Below are positions 1 to 12,100 of a stretch of 64,000 nt of DNA, piece after piece (positions within the stretch are counted from its first letter, which is position 1; each line of letters starts with the position of its first letter). The stretch is taken from the NCBI GenBank assembly GCA_046346705.1, contig JAXMHR010000012.1, positions 109,131-173,130 of the forward strand. The letters run 5' to 3'. A program made the position numbers and the translations under genes. The stretch is from Verrucomicrobiota bacterium (GTDB lineage: Bacteria; Verrucomicrobiota; Verrucomicrobiia; Limisphaerales; UBA9464). The notes under the pieces are model-generated. The model had not been told where the DNA came from and ran no database searches. It saw only the letters and a program-made list of their open reading frames with translations.

Positions 1-1
1 A

Positions 2-3000
2 CTGCTTGCGGATCGGCTGGGCGACCTTCTTGTGACGGTTCCGCGGACGGACGGAATGCCGTTGAAGGTGACCAATGCGCGTGGCAATGCGACGGAGACC
101 CAACATACGGCACTCGGGGAGCTTCAACGAAGGAGGCGGGCGGACGGAATGGAGTTTCGATTTGAGCATGACCCCCGTCGGCAGATTCGCCGGGAAGGAG
201 ACCCGGAAGGCGGTTTCGGCTTTGAATACGACGAGCAATTCCGTATGACGAAACGTACGCTTCGAAATGGAGCGGCAATCGTCTATGGCCAGTTTGACGC
301 CAGAAATCAGCCGAAATCTGTGACGATCCCCGGGGGTAAGCAGGAATACGTTTACGACCTGCAGACGCGTCCGACCTCCATCCGGACCACCTACGAAGGA
401 ACCTCCTATGTCTCCACCTCGGAGTATGACGCGTTGAGCCGAATCCGGCGCCGGACTTACGTCCAGGACGGTGGACCGGAGAATGTCGCCACCGCGAAGT
501 ACGACACGGCAGGGCCGGTTTTGGAGACCCGGTTCGAGGAGGACGGCATGGATTTCAAGGTTCGCTACACCTATGAATCCGACGCGAGACGCCGCACGGT
601 GGAATACCCGTCCGGAGTTGTAGTGACCGAGGATCGGGACGCCACGGGTCGTTTGACCGGGATTTCGGATGCCCGCGGACCGGTCTACCAAGTCTCCAAA
701 TGGAATGGCAGCCGTCAACCGGGTGTCATCCGGATCGGGGGCGTGATGCAGCAGGTACGAACGTACGACAACCGAGGCCGGGCAATTGGTAGTCGCACGA
801 TTCGGTTGTCCGATGGCGTCGTTTTGACCCATCTGCGGTATAAATATGATTCCGCCAATAATATTGAGATTGCCCAGTCCCTCCATCGACTGGGGAAGGC
901 GGAGAATTTCTCCTATGATGCAGGCGAGCGTGTCAGTAGAGCCTCCTTTGGTGTGATCCCGCTCGTTGGGGGCGGCTTCAGCGCGGCGGAATATGCCCGT
1001 ACCTACGGGTATGACGCGATCGGAAGGGATTTCCTGGTGGTCTCCGGGGCCACCGGTCCGGTGGGTGGGAGGGCGCCGCCGTTTTCAAGATCCTGGTCGG
1101 CTCAGGATGCCTTCCTGCAGCCGGGACTTGTGGACGGTTTTGCGCGTGGAGATGCGGATCCCCTGGGGAATGTTCGAAAAGCCCTGTTGTATACCCGGGG
1201 CATCAGTAGTGGGGACCTCGTTCCGGTGGCTGCGGATTTGACCCATAATGGGCTTGGGAACCTGGTGCGGATCAGCCGTGCGGATGGCATCACAGTGGAG
1301 AACCGGTACCAGCCGGGGCTTCTCCGCCACGGGCGCACTGTGCGTCAGGGAGGGACGGTTCTCGACCAGAGATCTTTTGTCTATGACGTGGAGGATCGAC
1401 TCCTGGAGGAATACGACGTTTCCAGTGGCACTGCCGCACTCCTCGCCCGGTATTACTATTTTTCGAGCGATATTCCGGTTGCGGCGGATCTGCGGGACGC
1501 CGATGGCGCTACATTTAATCGCTATTATTACCTCCAGGATCTTGTTGGTTCCGTCATCGCGGTGGCGGACGCTTCCGGACAGGTCATTGAACGGGTTCGT
1601 TACGAGACCTTCGGGCAGCCGCAAATTGAAACGGCGGATTCCCTACCGCCCACAATTCGTTCGATCGTCGCAGGACCGCAGGGGGCATTGATCGTGCAAT
1701 TCTCTGAGGCGGTGGCAGTGCCTCTGGTCGATCCGGGTCCGGGCGGCGGGATTGTTCGGCTGAGTCCCCAGTCTGAAGGACTCGGCCTTGCCCTGACAAT
1801 CACTGCGGGGAGTCCGCCGACCAACTTGGTTGGATCGTTCGAACTTCTTTCCGCGGATTCTAATGCGGGGTTCGACACCCGCCTTCAATTTACCCCGGAG
1901 CAAAATGTTGGGGGAAGGTTTCACCTGTCCGTGGCGAAGGGCGTCCTGGTGGACGAATGGGGCAACAGCAATGCGGCCATTGATCTGATATTTACCAACG
2001 TTGCCTCAGTCGAGGGGACCGTTCTCTTTGCCGGGGGGGCGGCGACGTCAGCAAGGCAGGTGGCTCGCAGCACAGTGGGATCTCCCTTCCTCTTTCAGGG
2101 GCAATACTTCGACTATGAAACGGGCCTGATTTATCTCCGGGCCCGGTACTATGACCCGTTCTCAGGGATGTTTTTGGAGCCGGATCCCAGTGGCTACGAG
2201 GACAGCGTCAATCCCTACGCGGGATTCGGCAACAATCCGGTCACTCTGCGCGATCCGTCAGGAACGTCGTATTTCTGGGAGGACTTCGTCGCGGAGTCCG
2301 CGGGGCCTCCGCTCGCGTTCAAAGCGAACTGGTCCGAGGCGGGGCTCAGACGGCAGAGCAGCACCCAATGGTATCTGGCGCGGCATGTCGCCGCCCGCGC
2401 GCAACCGGTTATCCGGGGTGAAGATCGGGGCCCGGGATTTGCGTCGGTGGTTGACCCGGATCCCGCACCTGTATTCAAACAGACCCGCGAGGAGCGGCTT
2501 GCGAAGTTTGAGCGCGGGACTCACGAGGGCTGGTTGGGGGATTTTGATACCTACGTGGGCGGCAGGTTGGTTCCGGGTGGATACAATGCCGAAGCAAACC
2601 GGATCTACCGAGGCTCGAGAACCATCAACCTGGGGTTGTATGATAAAGTCACCGAGACGACCGCGAAGAGGGGCGGGATGAACTTCCTTTCCCATTATAG
2701 TACGGATGCCGACGCGCGCGTGGACCGTGCAATTGAAATCGCGGCGGGGAGCGAACCAGAGCGTCTCAAACCGAAGTTTGTCGTCAATGTTCAGGGTTGG
2801 AAGGGGGACACCTTGGAGGAGAAGGTCAATTTTGCGATCTTGCGCGGGGCGCGGGGTATTGATGATGGCCAAGGATTGAAGCTTGCCCCGTTGGAGCTTC
2901 AGCATGCTCCAAACTTTGAGTTTCATGCGGGGCGGGAAGGATGGATCCGCCCTGGCTTGGCCCCCGGTGATCTGACTCCGGGTGTCACGGATCGCGAGAT

Positions 3001-3130
3001 GTTCCGGATGTACAAGTCTGGCGTCCTTCACCGCGCCGTATTTGTGGAAGGCGAGGATGGACTGAAAGCGGTTAAGGGACAACGGCAGTTCCGGATGAAG
3101 CTTCAAAAGGTGAAGCCGTTCACTTGGTAG
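2..3130 (+). CDS. RHS/YD-repeat polymorphic-toxin-type protein, 5'-partial (reading frame open to window edge), with an RHS repeat-associated core and a ~287-aa unrecognised C-terminal domain
   Basis: No stop in frame from nt 2. YD-type repeats are present (YDALSRIRRRTY, YTYESDARRR, YKYDSANN, YYYLQDLVGSV). The core-terminating motif FQGQYFDYETGLIYLRARYYDPFSGMFLEPDPSG...NPVTLRDPSGT lies at ~2090-2265. It is followed by ~287 aa without a motif I recognise. Confidence 0.85.
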   Translation: MLADRLGDLLVTVPRTDGMPLKVTNARGNATETQHTALGELQRRRRADGMEFRFEHDPRRQIRREGDPEGGFGFEYDEQFRMTKRTLRNGAAIVYGQFDARNQPKSVTIPGGKQEYVYDLQTRPTSIRTTYEGTSYVSTSEYDALSRIRRRTYVQDGGPENVATAKYDTAGPVLETRFEEDGMDFKVRYTYESDARRRTVEYPSGVVVTEDRDATGRLTGISDARGPVYQVSKWNGSRQPGVIRIGGVMQQVRTYDNRGRAIGSRTIRLSDGVVLTHLRYKYDSANNIEIAQSLHRLGKAENFSYDAGERVSRASFGVIPLVGGGFSAAEYARTYGYDAIGRDFLVVSGATGPVGGRAPPFSRSWSAQDAFLQPGLVDGFARGDADPLGNVRKALLYTRGISSGDLVPVAADLTHNGLGNLVRISRADGITVENRYQPGLLRHGRTVRQGGTVLDQRSFVYDVEDRLLEEYDVSSGTAALLARYYYFSSDIPVAADLRDADGATFNRYYYLQDLVGSVIAVADASGQVIERVRYETFGQPQIETADSLPPTIRSIVAGPQGALIVQFSEAVAVPLVDPGPGGGIVRLSPQSEGLGLALTITAGSPPTNLVGSFELLSADSNAGFDTRLQFTPEQNVGGRFHLSVAKGVLVDEWGNSNAAIDLIFTNVASVEGTVLFAGGAATSARQVARSTVGSPFLFQGQYFDYETGLIYLRARYYDPFSGMFLEPDPSGYEDSVNPYAGFGNNPVTLRDPSGTSYFWEDFVAESAGPPLAFKANWSEAGLRRQSSTQWYLARHVAARAQPVIRGEDRGPGFASVVDPDPAPVFKQTREERLAKFERGTHEGWLGDFDTYVGGRLVPGGYNAEANRIYRGSRTINLGLYDKVTETTAKRGGMNFLSHYSTDADARVDRAIEIAAGSEPERLKPKFVVNVQGWKGDTLEEKVNFAILRGARGIDDGQGLKLAPLELQHAPNFEFHAGREGWIRPGLAPGDLTPGVTDREMFRMYKSGVLHRAVFVEGEDGLKAVKGQRQFRMKLQKVKPFTW

Positions 3131-3140
3131 GAGATCGCGA

Positions 3141-6100
3141 ATGAGTACTCTGATTTCTATCCTACCGGGTCGGACGGTCTGCCGGAGCGGACTTTGGTTC
3201 CGGGTGTTCAGGCTGCTCCGCTGGGTCTTGTTGGCCTTTATTGCCGGAGTGAAAATTTCGATTCCGATGCACGGCTCGGACGTGTTGACGACTCTCGAAT
3301 ATCGCATCGCTGGCACTGGGCTCCAGGTGTCGCCGCCCGCAGTGTCGGTACCCAAGGGGATTGCGGGCTCGGTATTGGTGACCCTGGTCGGCGGAGAGGC
3401 GGCAGGTGGGCAGACCAATGGAACCTATGTGGAGGCTTTTTTGCGCGGCCCGGGCATTCCTGAACCGCGGCGGATTGTCAGTCCGGTAAATCAGCCTCTT
3501 TTGTTTCCTCCGCTTAATCTGGTCGGGGATTATCAGTTGGATTCCATTCGCCTGGTGGACGGCACGACTGGGGACACGCTGATGGAAGGTTCGCCGTCCA
3601 TTGTGCCCGTTCGGGTATTTGATGATATCCTGGTGTCGCGGGTCACTTCGCGTCCGCTGACCTACGAGGAGATCCAGGAGAAGGGTATCTTCATTGATGA
3701 ATCGAACTTCCGAGTCGTTGAGTTTGAGGCGGCCTTTGTCCTCGATGGGAAGACCATTCCGGTGACGTTCCCCGTGGTCTCCCCGAAATTCACCGACTCC
3801 GTCGAACTCATACCCGCAGCGGAACTGGAGGAGAAGCTTGCCCGCGCCGCGGCTCTGAATCAGCAGATCGCGTCCACCACGGCCCTACCGCCGGAATTTG
3901 AAGTCAGTCAGCTCAACATTCAGGTTCAGGGGATCAATTTCCAGGTGGTGGACCCCGGTGAGGACGAGCCACTCGGACTACGCGTGCCTCCGATTCCGGC
4001 GTTGATGGTGATTCCCGGAAACATCGGTTACCTCAACCAGTTCTTCAGCGTTCAAATCTTTACGGAGAATGGGGCTCCGCGGGGATCCGGGCTCTCGGTG
4101 TATAACATCCAGGCCACCCTGAAACTTCCTCCGGGTCCTGACCAGATTCCCGCGGCTGACTACACGCACCCGGGTGATGATCCGCTTCGCTTCGCCCGGG
4201 TGGGACCGGACAAGCTCATCCAGCCTGTCCAGCAGATCGTGCAGCCGGGATCGGATGGAAAGACGGGAACGCCGGACGATTCGCCACGGCTTCAACCGGG
4301 GGAGTCTGGGCAGGCGGAGTTTCTCGTGGAGGGGCTGCAGGAAGGTCTGCATGTCATGGACCTCGATTTGGTTGCGGATATGGACGGGCTCGCTGCGGGC
4401 CCGGTTCAGGTTAGGGGTAAGGCGGCCGGTTCGGTGCTGGTTCGCAATCCCCGATTCTCGATGGCGTTCAGCCATCCGCGCACGGTCCGCGTTGGGGAAC
4501 CGTACGAAGCCAGCGTCACCTTGTTGAACACGGGCATCACGCCGGCGAACCTGGTCCAGATTACGCTTAACAAGAATTCCATCAGCGGGGCTCGGCTGGA
4601 GGATGAAACTCGGCAGACCGTGGAACTGGGGACCCTGCTGCCGGGGGAATCGAAGACGGCAACGTTCCGGATGCGGTCGCTGCGCACGGGAGCCGTCAGT
4701 TTCTCGAATCTCACGACCAGCGACGACAGCGTCGTCGGACGTTTTCGGCTGAGCATGGGGGTCGATGAGCGGGGCGTGGCACTGTCGCCGGATTCCCTGG
4801 CGATGCCGGATCAGGTGAATTCGCTCCCTGAGGGTTTGCTGTTTGCCGCCAATCGGGTGCTCGGACAGGCGTTGAGCGTCGCCACGGCGGGTCAATTACC
4901 GCCAGGAATTCTGCGGGTTGGACGATCGATCATCACGCGCCGGGTTCTCGACCTGGCGGAAGCCGGTCAGCGGCTCAGCTATGGGGATCCTCCGAAGCGG
5001 GTCTTCACCGATTTGTTGCGGGACTGGCAGGGGGGGCGGGAGGCCAGCGCGGGATTCGACCAGATCCTAAGGGAAACGGACGCTGGTCGCGAATGGCGGG
5101 ATGCCCTGTTCGCCGTCATTGAGTCTTCCGACGGTTTTACGGCTTCCGCGCGCCTGGCGGACCGGGCGGCCGATCTGGCTGGTTTGGGTCAGGAGTTTGC
5201 GCTGGCCAGTGCCGACAGCGGTCAATTGCGACTTCAGTTTGGCGAGGATTTGGCCTCGGTGGAACGCAGCACCCGGCCGTTTGCATTGGTGTACTCCGGC
5301 ACAAACGGCAGTTGGGCGAACGGGTTGTTGGAGACCAATGGCGTCGTGATTTGGACCTTCACGAATGCGCCTGCATCCGCCGAGATCGGAGTTCTTCTGG
5401 TGGGAACCAACGGCATTGCCCGTCAGTTCCGGTGGAATCTCAGCCACCCCCCGGGGGATGCGACGTATCGGTTTGCATTCGGGGATCCCGCCAGCGGCTT
5501 GAAGGTGGATCTTGGGTCTGACGGAACCCAGGATTCGTCAATCGCGGCAACAGTATTGGAAGTCCGGGAGCTCCTTCCTTCCGTCCTGGCTGTTGAGCAG
5601 GATCTCTATGTTCTTGCCGGTCGTCCGGGCTCCCCATGCATCGGACCGGAGTATCGCAACTACGGAACCGTGGTCGCGGTGGTATTCAGCAAGCCAATGA
5701 CCCAGCAGATGGCTGGCGATCCCGTTTCCTATTCTGTGGATGGGGACAATGGGGCGAATTCAGTGCAGGTCCAGCCAGGGGGCCGTGTGGCGTACCTGAA
5801 CCTGCGGAAGGGCATCAGCGGGATTCGGCCACGAACCCTGACGCTGTCGGGTGTGGCAGATGTTCGGGGGAACGCACTCCCAACGGCAATCTTGCCCATC
5901 CGATCGGTGGAACGGGGTACTTCGGTTCCCTTTACCGGTGGAGTTGCAATTCGGGGACGTGCACTCAAAGGGGATGGAACACCGGCGGTCGGGATTCCCG
6001 TCACGCTGACCATGTATGACCAAGCCTTTGGTCCGAATTCCTGTGAACCCTGGACGCGAAGAGTCAGCCAGGTCCTCACCGACTCCGGAGGGAATTTCGA

Positions 6101-9100
6101 TTTCGACTTTGTGATGTCCGGGATTCCGTACTCGATCTCCGCCACCGACACGAGCGGGCTCTCCCAGGAGGCGCTGACGCTGATCGCAGGCAACACCGCG
6201 GAGGGACAGGTGGAACGCGAACGCATTCTTCAGCTGGCGACATCAGCCGCGACCCGGGACACGTTGCTGGGTCTGTTTGCATCCGGATCCATTCCGGAGG
6301 CGATCGCCAAGGTGGAGGGATTGGACCGGGCCTTGGTTCGCGACTTCGTTGCGGAGAATTCTCCCCGAGAAGGGCAGACGGTGCCCATGGCATTGCGGTT
6401 CCGCGGCCGGGCGACCGTCGTTGGGCGCGTCGTGGCTGAGGATGGGGTGACCCCGGTGGCTCGACCCGCGGTGAACCTTTTCCCAGATTCCGGATCCCGC
6501 GAATTGGGTCGGGGGATTTTTGCGGATGCCGACGGTCGCTTCGTTTTTTACGGCGTCCCCCTGGGTGTCTATACCGTTTCCGTTGAGACGTCCGACCATC
6601 GGACACGGACGGTGGCGGGGCTCCTTTCCACGCCGGGAGAAGTGGCAACCCTGACTGTGGCGCTCCCCAGCACCATCACTCCCCAGGGGAACCTGCGCGG
6701 AACGGTGTTTGAAGCGGACGGAGTCACACCCCATGCCAACGCCCGGGTATTCATCGGAAGATATGGGGGTAATCAGGTGACGGATGTCGTCCGCATTGTG
6801 GAGGCCGATTCCGACGGAAACTGGCGGGCGGACACTCTCCCTGCGGGTAAGTGGGATATCGTCGCGATCACTTTTGACGGACGGCGCAAGGCTCTTCGCC
6901 TGGGCTATTCCGTGATTGCAGATGCGACACTGGTGGCGAACCTGACACTGGAGTCCACGACGCAATTGTTGGGTCGCGTTCAGTTCGAGGATGGCCGCCC
7001 CGCCGCCAACGCGCTCGTCGCGGGAGGACTGACACTGGTCCGAACCGATGCGACCGGGAATTTCACGCTCGAGGGAGTGCCGGTGGGGAATCGTGTCATC
7101 AGCGCGGGCGTTGAGCGGAACCCTGATGCTGGAATCGATTTCCCGAGACTGGGTTCCGCGGCCGTGCAGGTGGTGCCCGGTGCCAACAACTACGTGGTGG
7201 TGAAGCTGCGCGCCGTAGGGCGGATCTATGGCAAGGTGATCGACCTCAAAGGGGCGGGCATCGGCGGCGTTCGTGTGGCCATCCCGGTCGAAGGTGGCTT
7301 TTTTTGGACCGATGCCGACAGCCAGGGGAACTACGTCTTCGAGGGATTGTCCCTCGGCAATTACACGCTGAGCGCCCCGGCAAACACCACGGCGCCTCAG
7401 TTGGACACTGCGTCATTGAATGAAAGCATCCGCTCCGGAAACGAGGAGGAGATCCTGACGGCATTTGAGGAGGCGGTTCGCGTCTTTGTGGGGGCGGACG
7501 ATCCCTTGATCAACGGCTCCCAGCTCAACTTCCGGCCGATTACCTGGGGCTTCACCGGGGCGAATCTCAAATTCGACGGCGAATCGGTTCAGGCCAACAT
7601 TCGGATGCTCCACGAGGGAACGGTTCGAGGAAAGGTGCTGAATCACCAAGGCGTTCCTATTGGGGCGCGTGTCCGCTTGACGGGACTCGGACCCGCCCGC
7701 AATGGAGATCCGAAGATCACCATCCGCGGGGAACGGGACAGTGATCCTGCCACCGGTGAGTTTATTTTCCCGGGAGAATTGCTGACTGGGCCATGGTCCG
7801 TCCAGGCGGCGTCGCCATTCTATCCTTCGGTCATCCAGGTGAACGGTTTCACCACGGAAATCGACCCCAACGTCAAGGATGTGGTTCTGCAGTTCCCGCC
7901 CATTCGTGACACCAACGGCCGCCTCGCCGGCCGGGTTTTGAAATCGGATGGCACCCCCGCCGGGGAGGGAATCCGGGTCAAAATCAATTTCTCTGCAGAC
8001 TACGAGATCCGAACGGGCACCAATGGATTCTTCGACACCCAGATCGCGGTGCCGGCCGGGGGATATCGCGCGGAGGCGTTGGACGAAGCCACCGGTCTGC
8101 GGGGGGAAGCCTATGTCACCGTGGCAGCGGGACGGACCAATTTGGTGGATGTTCCCCTGTTGACACGCAATTCCTCGGTGTCGGTCACTGTCCTTCGGGG
8201 TAACGGATTACCTGCGTCCGGCGCCCAGGTGGATCTGGAGCAGGGGACGTTCCCGCGCGACGCCCGGGTGACGGTCTTTGCCGATGCGAATGGAAGGGCG
8301 GTGTTCGGGGGCCTGTGGGAAGGGCGTTACGCGGTGAGTGCGCAATATGTGGAGTCGTCCACGAGGGTCTATAGTCGCGGCGGTGCTTCGGTCGGGCCTG
8401 ACGAGACGGCATCCGTTTCCCTCAGGTTGGGAGCCACGGGTTCCATTACGGGCCAGTTTGTGAAATTGGACCGGATCACACCGGTCGAGGCAGCCCAGGT
8501 TTCCATCGGAAACCTCGGATTCGCTTCTACGGATGGACAGGGGCGCTTCCGGTTCGATGGCGTGCCCCTCGGGACTTATTCGTTGATCACCTCCGATCCG
8601 GTGACTGGGGCGTTTGCGCGGGGCATCGCCGCTGTATCCGGCGCCGACCAAGTGGTGGACGTGCTGCTGGTGGAGGGTGCTCGCGGGGAGGTCAACGGGT
8701 ATGTAATCGACAGCTATGGCGCGAAGTTTTCTCCGGGGGCGACGGTTCGAATATCGTACTCGGATGGGCTGACTCCGAGCGTCACCATCACGACGGGACC
8801 GGATGGACGATTCTCATTTCCGGGATCGCCAGTGGGTGGCTTTTCGCTGGTGGCGACCGACCTGCCCAAGAGCCAGGGAGGGCGTGGGACTTCGGGTTCC
8901 GTCTCGGGTGCACTTGATGCCGCGTCCTTGGTGGCGTCGGTGAACATCCAGCTGCAACCCCTCGGTATCCTGGGAGTGAACGTGGTCAGATCCGATGGGA
9001 CGACGCCGGCCACAAATGTGACGGTACGCCTGGATGCGGCACAGCGGGACACGGATGACCGGGGTGGGGTGTCTTTTGAGGACCTGTTCCTGGGGACCCA

Positions 9101-12100
9101 CGGAATTACTGCGGTGTCGCGAGCAGAAGGGGAGCGACGGAATGGGGTGGGTGTCAGCGCATTGATCTCCGTTGCCGGGACGAATCCGCCCGTGACCCTG
9201 AGATTGCCCGGAGTCGGGACCGTGAGTGGCATTGTGGTGGGCAGCGACGGCGTGACTCCGGTAAATGGGGCGGAGGTCGTGATTAGCTTTCAGGATTCCC
9301 TATTCGCCGGGGAAAGCGTGACAGCGGTGACGGGAGGCGACGGCCGATTCTCCTTCGCCGACGTTCCCGTGGGCGGCTACCGACTCGTGGCTTCCAGCAT
9401 TTCGCTTGCGGGTTCCGTCAGCGGAACAATTGCGGGCGCTGGGGAGACGGATTCCACCACCGTCCGACTTGGAGACAGTGGGGTCATCCTGGGTCGCCTA
9501 GTTCGGTCCGACGGCGCGACGGGCGTTGGAGGTGTGGATGTCTTGGTGACGTATGCCTCTCAAAGCGCAAATCCGGGGCGTGCTTTCGTCCGCTCGGATG
9601 GCGATGGACGTTTCCGACTGGACAACATCCCCGTAGGACGTTTTCAGCTCGAAGTCGCTGCGCCTTCGTTCGGTGGATTGATCCGGACGGGAGGACTCCT
9701 CGCCTCCAATCAGCAACAGCTCGACCTGGGCGCACTCCGTTTTGATGAGAACTTCCCGGAAGTGGTTTCGATGACCCCGGCGGATACCTCGTTGGGCGTC
9801 CCGACGACTGCGGAGATCGTCCTCGAGTTCAGCGAGGCGATGGACGCAAGCACGCTGGATCCTCGGGGGATTTTCGTTCGTGTGGCCGCAACCGGGGAAC
9901 GTGTGGCGACGAACCTGGAGTTGGTCGAGACCAACGGGGTAGCGCGGCTGGTGCGCATCGTTCCCGCACGGGCCTTGGTGAGCGAGCAGTTGTATGAGGT
10001 CATTGCTCTTGCTGGGGACCTCTTGAATGCGACCGGTGGCGTGATCGGCTCGGGACCGCGCGACCTGGTGGGGCGGCCTCTCACCGCCTCGTTTGTTGGC
10101 CGCTTTATCACGGCGGACAATGACCCGCCTGTATTGCTGTCCGTCTTTCCCACCCCGGCCATGATCCAGGTTGATCCACGGGCAGTGCCAAGACTGAGCT
10201 TCAACGAGTCATTGCGGCCCACGGGCTTCAGCTTCCACTTGAGTGGACCTGCCGGCGAAGTGGCGGGCAGTGCGGCCGTGGGGGTGGATGGACGAGTCCT
10301 GAGCTTTGTCCCTGCCGATTTGCTGAAGCCCAATGCCATTTACACGCTGACGGTAAGCAACGTCTTCGACCTTGCGGGAAACCGTGCCGCTGCGGAGCCG
10401 TTCATCGTCGCGTTCAGCACCTTGGATACCATCGGGCCGACGCTGGGGGCCCTCAGGATTGCGGATGGACGAGTCCCGGCGGCGGGCGCCACGATCCCGG
10501 TGGAGGCGCTGTTGGCGGTTCAGGAGCCCGGAGTCAGCGTTCGTTTTTCCCAGGATTTCAATGCGCTGGGAACCGACACCAATGCCCCCTTCCGGGCGAA
10601 TGTCGTGCTGCCGCGAACTGGCACTACCACGGTTCGCGCCATCGCGACGGACGTCTTCGGGAACGACGGCCCCCTGGCGGAACTCGTGGTGACCGTGGTC
10701 CCGAATCAGCCTCCCACCCTCCGATTTTCCCGGGTGTCTCCCACGGAGGGGCCCGCACCCAGCGGTTCCTTCATCGCCGTGGACGTGGAGGGTGTCGACG
10801 ACTCGGGGATTTCGGAATTGAAGGCCATCGTGGCGGGCCTCGGCACCGGGGATCTCGCCCGTACAAACGCGACGAAACTTCGTGTTCAGGGATTTGTCAG
10901 TGCTGCCGCGGGACCGGGGACGGAAGTAAAGATATTTGCCGAGGCGAAGGATGAACTGGGGCAGTCGAGCGGCCAGCAGGTGTTCACTCTCCCGATTCGC
11001 GACGGAACCGCACCGTCAGTGGCAATCCTGGGTCCGACGAATAACACGCGCATCAATCCGGCCGAGCCGCTGGAGTTGTTGGTGCAGGTTTCCGATAATT
11101 TTACGAATGCCACGGTCAGGTTGGCTCTGAACGGGGCTTGGACCACCAACCTGAGCCTGTCTTTGCCCTTGATATCAGGTGAGGCGGCGTCCGGACGTTT
11201 CCTGGTGACCCTTGCGGAAGTCGCGCCGGTGGGTGGAATCCTCAATGCACGTGTCACCGCGACGGACGATGCGGGGAATGAGTCCAGCGTCACGGCGGTG
11301 TACCGGGTGTTGGATTCGACCATTCCCGTGGTCCAAAATTTTTTCCCAGCGGCCGGCGAAACAAATGCCGCGCTGTGGCCCCTCGTAGTGGCGACATTTA
11401 GCGAGGAGTTGGACACCAACTCGGTAACGGCTGCGACCTTCACGGTTTCTGATGCTGGCACGCCGGTTCCAGGTCGGTTTAGTTTTCGCCAGACGAACCA
11501 GGTCGTTCAGTGGGAGTCGTTGGCCCCCTTGGTTCCGGGTAGGGAATATGCCGTTTCACTGGGTGCGGGGATCACGGATACCAACGCCAATTCCATCGTC
11601 CCCTATACATCGACATTCACCGTCTCGTCGTTTGGAATCACATCTCCCACGAATGGGGGGCGGGTCGTTGAAGGTCAGCGCTTGATCGTTCGGGCGGGCG
11701 GGGGCAACCCGGCGGCCGTCCGGATGGTGAACTACACCACTCAGTTCGGGAGTGCGGTGGGCACGGATGCTCATTTTACGGCGGAGCTCCTGGTGCCCAG
11801 TTTGTCAGCGATTTCGGGCAGCCAATTCACGGTTTCCGCCACTGCGAAACTTGCCGGGAAGAATCGGGCGAGGGATGCATTTGTGCGGGCCTCGTCGGAA
11901 GGATTTGGGGGTTCGGTTTCCCGAATCATCGACGGGAATCGAAGCGGGAACTGGGCGGATGGTTCGGTGGCGCACACGGGTAACGGGAATGAGTTGCATC
12001 CGTGGTTTGAACTGGACCTGGGACAGGTCACGTCGTTCCAGCAGACAGCGCTCTATTTCCGCACGGATTCCAGTCCGGAACAAAGCTCCGTTGCGATCCT

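Noticed and set aside
2258-3418. 386-aa minus-strand ORF spanning the RHS/giant-gene junction. Similar long antisense ORFs lie at 19354-20796, 30665-31771, 34880-36451, 38985-40175, 48080-49462, 49556-51148 and 16833-17648
   Set aside because: All lie opposite strongly supported genes with recognisable domains. They have low-complexity Arg/Pro/Gly-rich translations and no recognisable motifs. They are an expected artefact of stop-codon-poor antisense frames in high-GC DNA.
3131-3470. Search for a small RHS immunity gene downstream of the toxin (for example ORF 3194-3463, 89 aa, + strand)
   Set aside because: The 89-aa ORF lies in an alternative frame entirely inside the start of the 5,475-codon ORF and is Arg/Gly-rich. 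The intergenic gap is only 10 nt. No credible immunity ORF is present.
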